Shown here: piece by piece, positions 40,913 to 49,454 of the stretch
Layout: each line of letters begins with the position of its first letter
Position numbering within the stretch: the stretch's first letter is position 1
Source of the DNA: SAR86 cluster bacterium AG-339-G14
Lineage (GTDB): Bacteria; Pseudomonadota; Gammaproteobacteria; Magnimaribacterales; AG-339-G14
Direction of reading: 5' to 3'
Length of the DNA stretch: 64,000 nt
Assembly (NCBI GenBank): GCA_003282105.1
Contig: QCAB01000002.1
Span: 7,119-71,118 of the forward strand
The notes under the pieces: generated by a model
Seen by the model: the letters and a program-made list of their open reading frames with translations, nothing else
What the model was told of the DNA's origin: nothing
Database searches by the model: none
Translations under genes and position numbers: made by a program

Positions 40913-41878
40913 TTGTTCAATCTAAAATCTCTAATTACTCCACATCTAATTAAAGGCAAGAAGTGTTTCGTTGCATATAGTGGAGGAGTTGATTCTACTG
41001 TTTTACTTAATGAAGTTGGCAAGGCTGCCAATGAATTAAATTCTGAAGTAGAAGCAGTACATGTGAATCATGGATATTCTAAATCTTCAGAATCTTGGGA
41101 AGAACATTGTAAAGTTTTTTGTAAAAAAAAAGGCTTTTCTATCAAATCTTTTCAAATGGATTCAAAAAATTTAAAGGGTGCAAGTTTAGAATCCTTGATG
41201 AGAGAGAGAAGATACGAAATATTCCAAAAAATTCTTATTGATAAAACTTCTTTATTATTTATGGGGCATCACTTAGACGACCAAATAGAAACCTTATTTT
41301 TTAGATTGATCCGGGGCACGGGTTTGAAAGGCGCCTCTTCAATACCGCTTAAACGTAATTTAGGAAACGGATTCATAGTAAGACCATTTTTAAAAGTTGC
41401 AAAAGAGGAAATTATTCAAAATGCCATCCAAAATAATTTAAGTTTCGTAGAGGACGATTCAAACAACAATAACGATTTCGATAGAAATTATTTGAGAAAT
41501 ATAGTAATTCCTAAAATTTCTGAGAGGTGGCCAAATTACAGAAAGAGTATCTCTAGGTCTATAGATAACCAAAAAGACTCATTCGAATTTTTAACCGAAA
41601 TTTCAAAGAAAGAGTTAGTTAAAATTGTTAAAGGAGAAGATATTAAAATTAACGAGTTGAAAAAATATGATGTAAATTTTCAAAAAATTTTATTTCTTAG
41701 CTGGCTGGAAAATAAAAAATGCAATTTACCGAATAGTGCTGTTTTAGAAGAAATAATAAATAAGTTTATCCATTCAGAAAAGACAAGTTGTCCTAAACAT
41801 ATTTGGGGATCTAAAAATAAAGGAAATGAGGTTTGCTTGATTATAAAAAAGGGAATGATGTCAGTTGAGGTTAGCTAA
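40913..41878 (+). CDS. tilS: tRNA(Ile)-lysidine synthase, short form (321 aa)
   Basis: PP-loop VAYSGGVDSTVLL and HHLDDQIETLFFRLIRG. TTG start. Lacks the extra C-terminal domain of the 432-aa E. coli enzyme. Confidence 0.85.
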   Translation: MFNLKSLITPHLIKGKKCFVAYSGGVDSTVLLNEVGKAANELNSEVEAVHVNHGYSKSSESWEEHCKVFCKKKGFSIKSFQMDSKNLKGASLESLMRERRYEIFQKILIDKTSLLFMGHHLDDQIETLFFRLIRGTGLKGASSIPLKRNLGNGFIVRPFLKVAKEEIIQNAIQNNLSFVEDDSNNNNDFDRNYLRNIVIPKISERWPNYRKSISRSIDNQKDSFEFLTEISKKELVKIVKGEDIKINELKKYDVNFQKILFLSWLENKKCNLPNSAVLEEIINKFIHSEKTSCPKHIWGSKNKGNEVCLIIKKGMMSVEVS

Positions 41879-43553
41879 AAGATTTTTTTATACCATTCAT
41901 AATTGCTTCAAAGGAAGCAGCTACTGTGTTTGAGTTTATCCCAATTCCCCAAAAACTTTTATTATCGATCGTTATTTCAATATAAGCTGCTGCAGATGCG
42001 TCTGCACCCGATGATATGGCATGTTGTTGGTAATCTGAAATCTTCAGAGATATTCCAAGTAACTTACTTAAACCTTTAATGCATGCGTCTATAGGCCCAT
42101 TTCCTTCTCCCTCTACTAAAATTTCTTTATTCTTGTAATGAATTTTTAATTTTAACAAATCCAAATTTTCTCCATTAGGGGAGCTCTTTGAATTGATACT
42201 ATGACTTAAGTAATTCATATCATCGCCCAATTCAACATAGTTCTCTTTGAAAACTTGCCAAATCTCCTCCGCTTCAATTTCTTGTCCAGTAGAATCTGTG
42301 ATTTTTTGAATTACTCTAGAGAAGTCAATTTGTAATCTTCTTGGCAAGGATAAACCATGATCTTTTTCAAGCAAATATGCAACCCCTCCTTTTCCTGATT
42401 GACTATTAATCCTTATCACAGCCTCATAAGATCTTCCGACATCTTCTGGATCTATTGGAAGGTAAGGAACCGCCCATTTGGGATCGTTGGATTCTCTCAT
42501 TGCATCAAAACCTTTCTTTATTGCATCTTGATGAGAACCTGAAAATGCAGTGAAAACCAAGTCTCCAGCATAAGGGTGTCTGGGATGGACGGGTAGCTGA
42601 TTACAATATTCAACTTCTCTCATAATTTTATTTATGTTAGAAAAATCAAGTTTAGGATCAACCCCTTGAGTTAGTTGATTTAAGGCTAACGAGACTATAT
42701 CAACATTTCCAGTTCTTTCCCCATTACCAAATAAAGTTCCTTCTATTCTGTCTGCGCCTGCCATTAAACCAAGCTCTGCAGCTGCAACAGCAGTTCCTCT
42801 ATCATTATGTGGATGTAGACTCAAAATTATACTTTCTCTATTTTTTAAGTTTTCAGACATCCATTCAATTTGATCTGCATAAATATTCGGAGTAGATAAT
42901 TCAACAGTAGCTGGAAGGTTCATGATTGATTTTTTATTTTTAGTTGGTTGCCAAATCTCATTTACTTCGTTGCAAACTTCCAGAGCATACTCCAATTCGG
43001 TTCCCGTAAAACTTTCCGGGCTATATTGAAATTGCCAATTTGTGTTTGTCGCTTCTTCTGATAACTTCCTTACTAAAGCTGCTCCTTCTGTAGCTATTTT
43101 AGTGATTCCTTTTTTATCTTTATTGAAAACTACCTTTCTTTGAAGAGTTGATGTTGAATTATATAAATGCAGTATCACATTTTTACAATCAGCAACTGAT
43201 TCAAAAGTTTTTTCTATTAAGTGCTCTCTTGATTGAGTTAAAACTTGAATTTGAACATCATCTGGAATGAGATTTTGGCTTACAAGTTCCCGAACAAATT
43301 TAAATTCGGTTTCGGAAGCAGAAGGGAAGCCGATTTCAATTTGTTTAAATCCCAGTTCTACCAGCATAGAAAAAAACCTTAACTTTTTATCTATACCCAT
43401 AGGTTCTATTAATGCCTGATTCCCATCTCTTAAATCAACACTGCACCAAATTGGTGGATGTGTAATTTGATTCTCAGGCCATTTTCTATTGGTCAACTCA
43501 ATCTTCTTGAATGGCGAATACTTTGAAGCAGAGCTATTTATAATTTCTTTCAA
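41871..43553 (-). CDS. leuA: 2-isopropylmalate synthase (long, about 560-aa type)
   Basis: WCSVDLRDGNQAL, HPHNDRGTAVAAAELGLMAGADRIEGTLFGNGERTGN and a C-terminal LeuA dimerisation/regulatory domain. Confidence 0.93.
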   Translation of the reverse strand: MKEIINSSASKYSPFKKIELTNRKWPENQITHPPIWCSVDLRDGNQALIEPMGIDKKLRFFSMLVELGFKQIEIGFPSASETEFKFVRELVSQNLIPDDVQIQVLTQSREHLIEKTFESVADCKNVILHLYNSTSTLQRKVVFNKDKKGITKIATEGAALVRKLSEEATNTNWQFQYSPESFTGTELEYALEVCNEVNEIWQPTKNKKSIMNLPATVELSTPNIYADQIEWMSENLKNRESIILSLHPHNDRGTAVAAAELGLMAGADRIEGTLFGNGERTGNVDIVSLALNQLTQGVDPKLDFSNINKIMREVEYCNQLPVHPRHPYAGDLVFTAFSGSHQDAIKKGFDAMRESNDPKWAVPYLPIDPEDVGRSYEAVIRINSQSGKGGVAYLLEKDHGLSLPRRLQIDFSRVIQKITDSTGQEIEAEEIWQVFKENYVELGDDMNYLSHSINSKSSPNGENLDLLKLKIHYKNKEILVEGEGNGPIDACIKGLSKLLGISLKISDYQQHAISSGADASAAAYIEITIDNKSFWGIGINSNTVAASFEAIMNGIKKSFS

Positions 43554-43599
43554 TTTTTATACTCAAATTTGAATTAAAATATTATATAGGATTAATTAA

Positions 43600-43893
43600 A
43601 TGAAATTTAACGACTATATATTTGAAGATTTAAAACTACTTAAATGGGAATTAAACTCTAGTTATTTGTTTGAAAAAAACAAGGTAGTTAAAGTTGAAAC
43701 GAAAAAATTTAACAAAGATGAAATTTCCTTTTTGTTTTCTATGTCTTCAGCATTTGGACTGAACTTTGAAGAGAAAGATTCATTAAAAATTTATAACTTT
43801 TTCGTAGACCAAAATCTTTTTCAATTAGATAAACTTAGTGAATTCATGTCGGATTCAAAAGCAAGAAAAAATGTCTGGGAAAGAAAACTTTAA
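43600..43893 (+). CDS. Hypothetical 97-aa protein, candidate minimal DNA polymerase III psi subunit (HolD-like)
   Basis: Directly upstream of and overlapping rimI, which is the E. coli holD-rimI arrangement. Three short segments resemble E. coli psi by eye: DLKLLKWEL vs QLGITQWSL, DEISFLFSMSSAFGL vs DPLVSDVLRALTV, and KARKNVWERKL vs ARAALWQQI. Confidence 0.45.
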   Translation: MKFNDYIFEDLKLLKWELNSSYLFEKNKVVKVETKKFNKDEISFLFSMSSAFGLNFEEKDSLKIYNFFVDQNLFQLDKLSEFMSDSKARKNVWERKL

Positions 43894-44401
43894 ATTTAAG
43901 ATTCTTGATTTTAAGGACCTCGAAAGAGTAATGGAAATTGAAAGGCTTTCGAACCCCACACCTTGGTCTATTGGAAGTTTCATAGATTGTATAAATTCCA
44001 ACTACCAAAATATTTTATTAATTAAACAAGAAGAAATAATAGGGTTTTGCATTTCTACAATTAACTATACAGAATCTCATCTACTCAATATATCTGTACA
44101 TCCTGAGTTTCGTTCTCAAGGTATGGGTCAGTTGCTCTTAAATAAATCTGAACAAGATGCAAAAAAAAAGGGCGTCTCTGATATTTTCTTGGAGGTTAGA
44201 GATAGTAATGAGAAAGCGATTGAGTTTTATAAAAAGAATAATTATAAAAATGTTGGTAAAAGAAAAAATTATTATAGATTATCTCAAGGGAGAGAAGATG
44301 GATTGATTTTTACCAAGCATATGAACTTATCTTCCTTAGAAAGTATTTCAAGATTTTCATTATTTTTTTTAAGAAAGATGTTAAATTTCAACCGAGGTTA
44401 G
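43871..44401 (+). CDS. rimI: Ribosomal protein S18-alanine N-acetyltransferase
   Basis: LLNISVHPEFRSQGMGQLLL...FLEVRDSNEKAIEFYKKNNYKNVGKRKNYY parallels E. coli RimI (LFNIAVDPDYQRQGLGRALL...WLEVRASNAAAIALYESLGF...RRNYY). ATG at 43871 is preferred to the ORF-track start at 43838. Confidence 0.85.
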   Translation: MSGKENFKFKILDFKDLERVMEIERLSNPTPWSIGSFIDCINSNYQNILLIKQEEIIGFCISTINYTESHLLNISVHPEFRSQGMGQLLLNKSEQDAKKKGVSDIFLEVRDSNEKAIEFYKKNNYKNVGKRKNYYRLSQGREDGLIFTKHMNLSSLESISRFSLFFLRKMLNFNRG

Positions 44402-44404
44402 CCT

Positions 44405-45445
44405 ATGGAGTATAAAAAACTTGGGAATACTGATATTGATGTAAGTTTAATTTGTTTGGGAACAATGACTTGGGGTCAGCAAAATACTGAAGAAGAAGGC
44501 CATGAGCAAATGGACTATGCCGTTGAGAATGGAGTGAATTTTTTTGATACAGCTGAGTTATATTCGATACCTCCCAAAGAAGAAACTCAGGGCAGCACAG
44601 AAAGAATTATTGGTTCTTGGTTTGAGAAAAATGGGTGCAGGCAAGATATTATTCTTGCAACTAAAGTAGCCGGAAGAAGTGGCATGAAATGGTTTAGGGG
44701 TGGAGAAACTAGATTAAACAAGGAAAACATAGAAAAAGCGATTGAAGGAAGTTTAAAAAGATTGAAAACAGATTACATAGACCTTTATCAATTACATTGG
44801 CCAGATAGAGCTTTAAATATATTTGGTGGAGGTTTAGGACTTTATAAACATTATGATCTTGAGTCTGTCCCAATCGAAGAAACTTTAGATGTTTTAAACC
44901 AAATTGTTGAAACAGGTAAGGTTAGACACATAGGGTTGTCAAATGAAACACCATGGGGCTTGTCTGAATTTTTAAATGTATCTGAAAGAGATAATCTCCC
45001 TAGAGTACAGTCGGTTCAAAATGCATATAATTTACTGAATAGATCCTATGAATCGGGAATGTCGGAATTTTTTCATAGAAGTTCAGTAGGATTATTAGCC
45101 TATTCTCCCTTAGCGCAAGGTTATTTATCAGGTAAATATTTAGATGGAAAACTTCCGGAGGGATCCAGAACAAAACTTTTTGGTAGAGGGCAAAGATACG
45201 AAACTCCAAGCGCCGAGGCTGCAATTAAAAAATACATTGACCTCGCTGATCAATCCAATCTTGATCCATCTTTGATGGCTAATGCTTTTGTAAACTCAAG
45301 AGAATTTGTCACTTCCAACATTATTGGGGCAACTACAATGGAACAACTTGAAATAGCTATAAAAAGTGGAGTTACTAAATTGTCCGATGATGTTATTGGG
45401 GAATTAGACAAGATTCATTCGGAATGTCCTAATCCCTGCCCTTAA
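44405..45445 (+). CDS. tas: NADP(H)-dependent aldo-keto reductase, Tas-like
   Basis: 346 aa, the same length as E. coli Tas. GTMTWGQQNTEEEGHEQMDYAVENGVNFFDTAELY, DLYQLHWPDR, HIGLSNETPWG and LPRVQSVQNAYNLLNRS track Tas closely. Confidence 0.8.
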   Translation: MEYKKLGNTDIDVSLICLGTMTWGQQNTEEEGHEQMDYAVENGVNFFDTAELYSIPPKEETQGSTERIIGSWFEKNGCRQDIILATKVAGRSGMKWFRGGETRLNKENIEKAIEGSLKRLKTDYIDLYQLHWPDRALNIFGGGLGLYKHYDLESVPIEETLDVLNQIVETGKVRHIGLSNETPWGLSEFLNVSERDNLPRVQSVQNAYNLLNRSYESGMSEFFHRSSVGLLAYSPLAQGYLSGKYLDGKLPEGSRTKLFGRGQRYETPSAEAAIKKYIDLADQSNLDPSLMANAFVNSREFVTSNIIGATTMEQLEIAIKSGVTKLSDDVIGELDKIHSECPNPCP

Positions 45446-45454
45446 TCTAACTGA

Positions 45455-45898
45455 ATGAAGATATCAGAAGACTCTTTTTGTAAAGAGTGTAAAAAATTTG
45501 AAGATATTGAAAAAGCTCTTTTTCAAAAAATAAAAAATTTAAGAGATTCCGTCAAGGGAGACAAAGTCTATGATGATAATAAAATAGATAAAGAAAGTTT
45601 CCATTTAACAATCTTTTTGAAATCAGATTTAATTGCTTACTCTCGTTTATATCAAAGTTCAGATTATGAAGTGTCTTTGCAAAGATTCTCCGTTGCTGAG
45701 AAATATAGAAATATTGGTATATCAAAAATTCTTATGGATTTTATTTTATTAAAAGCAAAAAAAAATTTTAATAAATCTTCACTTATTTTAACTTCGAGAC
45801 TTAAAACAAAAGAATTTTACGAAAAATACGATTTTGAAGTATACGATATAAAAAGGGAAAATAGTCTTGATAGATTTTATATGAGGAGAGATTTTTAA
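45455..45898 (+). CDS. GNAT family N-acetyltransferase
   Basis: 147 aa. Motif A-like RFSVAEKYRNIGISKILMDFIL and C-terminal FYEKYDF. Confidence 0.7.
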   Translation: MKISEDSFCKECKKFEDIEKALFQKIKNLRDSVKGDKVYDDNKIDKESFHLTIFLKSDLIAYSRLYQSSDYEVSLQRFSVAEKYRNIGISKILMDFILLKAKKNFNKSSLILTSRLKTKEFYEKYDFEVYDIKRENSLDRFYMRRDF

Positions 45899-46266
45899 AT
45901 TACTCTTATTTCATTAGCTTGCGGTCCTTTTACACTTGAAATTACCGTGTAACTTACTCGAGTATTTTCCTTCAAACTTTTTCTATCTTTTTCAGCCACC
46001 GAAGCAAAATGAATGAACAAATCTCCTCCTTTATCTCTTTCTAGGAAACCATAACCTTTGCTAGGATCGAACCATTTTATAGTTCCTTTTTCTCTTCTTA
46101 GCCTATATTTAATTTGCCTACCATAAACAATAATCATGCTGGAGATATATGTGGAAAAGAAAATAAAGAAAAAAATTTTTATGAATCCTTCTTGAAAAAA
46201 GAAGTTGTATAAAAATGCAGAAATAAGACTTACTATAATTCCTGCTGTCGCTCCTCTCAACCACAT
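45895..46266 (-). CDS. Cold-shock-domain protein with predicted N-terminal two-helix membrane anchor
   Basis: The C-terminal 70 aa form a CSD: GTIKWFDPSKGYGFLERDKGGDLFIHF (RNP1 KGYGF, RNP2 FIHF). The N-terminal 49 aa hold two hydrophobic segments followed by a basic linker RQIKYRLRREK. An alternative internal ATG (M45) would give a soluble Csp of about 79 aa. Confidence 0.65.
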   Translation of the reverse strand: MWLRGATAGIIVSLISAFLYNFFFQEGFIKIFFFIFFSTYISSMIIVYGRQIKYRLRREKGTIKWFDPSKGYGFLERDKGGDLFIHFASVAEKDRKSLKENTRVSYTVISSVKGPQANEIRVI

Positions 46267-46273
46267 AAGGTTA

Positions 46274-49009
46274 TTATACTTTTTCTAGTACTTTAAGGTG
46301 TTTTCTAGTTTTAGATATTTTTTGACTCAAGTCTTTTAATTGCATTTTTCTTTCTTTCACTAAAAGTTTAGGTGCATTTTTTATAAATTTTTTATTTTGC
46401 AATTGTAATTTTAAATTTTCAAAGTTTTTGTTCAATTTATTAAGATTTTCTGAGTTTCTTGCAATCTCTTTATTAGGATCTATTAATCCTTTTAAAGGCA
46501 CAAAAAGTTTCTCATCTGAAATAAGGACAATTGATGATGGGGGAGGGGAAGACGAAAATATTATATTTTTGATACCGCAAAGATTGCTCAAATAAGTTTT
46601 ATATTTATTAAGAATATTGTAAGTTTTATTTTTTTTTGTAAGAATTAAATCAATTTTTATTTTAGGAGATAATTGCATTTCTGCCCTTAAATTTCTGATA
46701 CCTACAATTGAATTTTTTAAAAGCGCAATATCTTTAAAAGATCTTTTTGAGCTTATTATTTTTGGAAAATTTCTGAGAGAAATACTTTTTTCTTTATGCT
46801 TATGTAAGTCTTTCGTTTGTTGCCATATTTCTTCTGTAATAAAGGGAATTACGGGATGCAAAGCTACCAAGATTGACTCCAGTGAATTCACTAAAGATTT
46901 TAGAATTTCACTCTTTTTAGAAATTGATAAATTCTCATCTTGAAGTCTTATTTTACAAAATTCAATATACCAATCACAGTAAATCTCCCAAACAAATTCA
47001 TAAATAGACTGAACAGCTAAATCAAATCGGTAGTTCTCTATATGATCAGAATAAATTCTCAAAGTTTTATTCATTTCGTTTAACAACCATCGATCTTCTT
47101 CGTCATTAGATTTATTTTTTGAAACTTTTTTAGTTTTACATTGCAAAATGATAAATCTTGATGCGTTCCACAACTTGTTACAAAAATTTCTGTAACCTTC
47201 AACTCTATTCAAATCAAAGTTAATGTCCCTACTACCGGATGCTAGAGAACAAAATGTAAATCTTATTGCATCAGCTCCATAAGGAGATATTCCTTTTGGA
47301 AAATCTTTTTTTGTGGAACTTACAATTTTTTGTGTTTGTTTAGAACTTAATAGATTTGAAGTTCTTTTTAAAATTAATTCATCTAGACTTATCCCATCAA
47401 TTATATCTATTGGATCTAAAATATTACCTTTAGACTTAGACATTTTTTGACCTTCACTATCTCTAACTAATCCATGAATATAAACCTCTCGAAAAGGTAT
47501 TTCATTTAAAAATTTTTGAGAGATCATAATCATTCGGGCTACCCAGAAAAAAATTATGTCAAATCCTGTCACTAATACTGAGGTTGGGTGGAACCTTTCA
47601 AGAAATGATGATTTTTTTGGCCATCCTAAGGTAGCAAATGTCCATAATTGAGAAGAAAACCAAGTATCTAAAACGTCATTATCTTTTTCTAATTTTACAT
47701 CTTTTCCCAATTTGTATTTATTTCTTACCTCTTTTTCAGACGCGCCAACATAAACATTAGAATTTTCATCATACCAGGCTGGGATTCTATGACCCCACCA
47801 TAGTTGCCTAGAAATACACCAATCTTTAATTTCGTTCATCCAAGAAAAGTAAGTTTTGTCCCAATTGTTGGGAATAAATTTTATTTTTTTTGTTTTGACT
47901 AAATTAATTGCTTTTTTGGATAGTTTTGTTGATTTGAGATACCACTGTTTAGTTAATAGCGGTTCAAGTATTTCTCCAGTTCTTTCACTTCTAGGAACGT
48001 TAATCTTATGTTCTTTTTCTTTGATAAGATTTCCATTTTTTTCTAAATCAATTAGTATCTGTCTTCTAGCTTCAAGTGTGGATAGGCTTTGAAATTTACT
48101 GGGGACATTTTCATTAAGCGAACCATTTTTATTTAAGATATTTACCATGGGTAACTTATTTCTGAGGCCTATTTCGAAATCATTGAAATCATGAGCTGGA
48201 GTAATTTTTAGACATCCAGTTCCAAAATCAGGATCAACGTAACTATCAGTTATAACTTTAATTTTTTTTCCGGAAAGAGGTATTTCAAATTCTTGTCCTA
48301 CAAATTTTTTATACCTCTTATCTTTTGGGTTGACTGCAATTGCAACGTCTCCAAACATTGTCTCGGGTCTCGTCGTAGCAACAGTAATAGAGTCATTTTT
48401 ATTCTTATAAGCGATCAACCAAATTTTTGCGGTTTCTTCTTCGTTTATTACTTCAAGATCTGAGATTGCAGATTGCAGGCTAACGTCCCAATTAACTAAT
48501 CTATAACCTCTATAGATAAGGCCTTCATCATACAAAGAGCAAAAGACTTTTATTACTGCATTGTTGAAATCTTTATCCATTGTGAATTTTTCTCTATTCC
48601 AATCTAAAGAGGCTCCTAATCGTCTTAGCTGTTTTGTGATTGTATTTCCTGAAGTTGACCTCCATTTCCAAATTTCTTCTTCAAATTTCTTTCTGCCAAT
48701 TTTTTCTCTAGATAGCCCCTTTTGTTCTAAATTTCTTTCTACAACAAGTTGAGTAGCAATTCCTGCATGGTCAGTACCAGGTTGCCAAAGGACTTCAAAT
48801 CCTTTTTGTCTTTTATATCTAGATATAGTGTCCATTAATGTATTTTGAAAACCATGACCCATATGAAGGCTTCCTGTAACGTTTGGAGGAGGGATCATCA
48901 TGCTAAAAGGTTTTTTCTTGGAAGATATCTTCGGACTAAAGAGATTATTTTGTTCCCAAAATTTGTACCATTTTCTTTCAATTTGTTTTGGTTCAAAAAC
49001 TTTCTTCAT
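46274..49009 (-). CDS. valS: Valyl-tRNA synthetase
   Basis: 911 aa. PPPNVTGSLHMGH (HIGH) and KMSKSKGN (KMSKS) motifs and a C-terminal coiled coil. pepA-holC-valS synteny. Confidence 0.97.
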   Translation of the reverse strand: MKKVFEPKQIERKWYKFWEQNNLFSPKISSKKKPFSMMIPPPNVTGSLHMGHGFQNTLMDTISRYKRQKGFEVLWQPGTDHAGIATQLVVERNLEQKGLSREKIGRKKFEEEIWKWRSTSGNTITKQLRRLGASLDWNREKFTMDKDFNNAVIKVFCSLYDEGLIYRGYRLVNWDVSLQSAISDLEVINEEETAKIWLIAYKNKNDSITVATTRPETMFGDVAIAVNPKDKRYKKFVGQEFEIPLSGKKIKVITDSYVDPDFGTGCLKITPAHDFNDFEIGLRNKLPMVNILNKNGSLNENVPSKFQSLSTLEARRQILIDLEKNGNLIKEKEHKINVPRSERTGEILEPLLTKQWYLKSTKLSKKAINLVKTKKIKFIPNNWDKTYFSWMNEIKDWCISRQLWWGHRIPAWYDENSNVYVGASEKEVRNKYKLGKDVKLEKDNDVLDTWFSSQLWTFATLGWPKKSSFLERFHPTSVLVTGFDIIFFWVARMIMISQKFLNEIPFREVYIHGLVRDSEGQKMSKSKGNILDPIDIIDGISLDELILKRTSNLLSSKQTQKIVSSTKKDFPKGISPYGADAIRFTFCSLASGSRDINFDLNRVEGYRNFCNKLWNASRFIILQCKTKKVSKNKSNDEEDRWLLNEMNKTLRIYSDHIENYRFDLAVQSIYEFVWEIYCDWYIEFCKIRLQDENLSISKKSEILKSLVNSLESILVALHPVIPFITEEIWQQTKDLHKHKEKSISLRNFPKIISSKRSFKDIALLKNSIVGIRNLRAEMQLSPKIKIDLILTKKNKTYNILNKYKTYLSNLCGIKNIIFSSSPPPSSIVLISDEKLFVPLKGLIDPNKEIARNSENLNKLNKNFENLKLQLQNKKFIKNAPKLLVKERKMQLKDLSQKISKTRKHLKVLEKV

Positions 49010-49454
49010 TTTCTTCTATATATTTCGGTTTTATTCCATCGCCAAGACATTTTTTGTAGCTCTCTCTGGCAATTTCTTGATTGGTTGAGTTATCTTTTAT
49101 AACTATCTGAAAGGTTTCTTTGTATTCGCTATAATTAGATGGTAATTGAGGATTAAGGTTTACCAAATAATAAAATTCTTCATTGTTTTTAATCCCTGGA
49201 TAAGAAATTGAGACTTCACAATCTTTAGAGTTTTTTTCGGTAGAAATTTTATGAGGAATAAAAATATGTTTTGGATATCCCCACATTCTTTCATCTAACT
49301 TAATTGCTTGTTTGGCATCGTTGCATCTAATAAAAATTTTTTTTGAAGTTGCATCATGTAAATTTTTTTGAATTATCTTCCCTGTAAGATCACAGACATA
49401 GTCTATGGCGAGGTCTTCTGAAAATCCAGCTTGTAAAAAACTTACTGAACTCAT
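48993..49454 (-). CDS. holC: DNA polymerase III subunit chi
   Basis: IRCNDAKQAIKLDERMW vs E. coli IACEDEKQAYRLDEALW, and ARESYKKC vs ARERYKAY. 153 aa. Sits between pepA and valS and overlaps valS by 17 nt. Confidence 0.85.
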   Translation of the reverse strand: MSSVSFLQAGFSEDLAIDYVCDLTGKIIQKNLHDATSKKIFIRCNDAKQAIKLDERMWGYPKHIFIPHKISTEKNSKDCEVSISYPGIKNNEEFYYLVNLNPQLPSNYSEYKETFQIVIKDNSTNQEIARESYKKCLGDGIKPKYIEENEESF

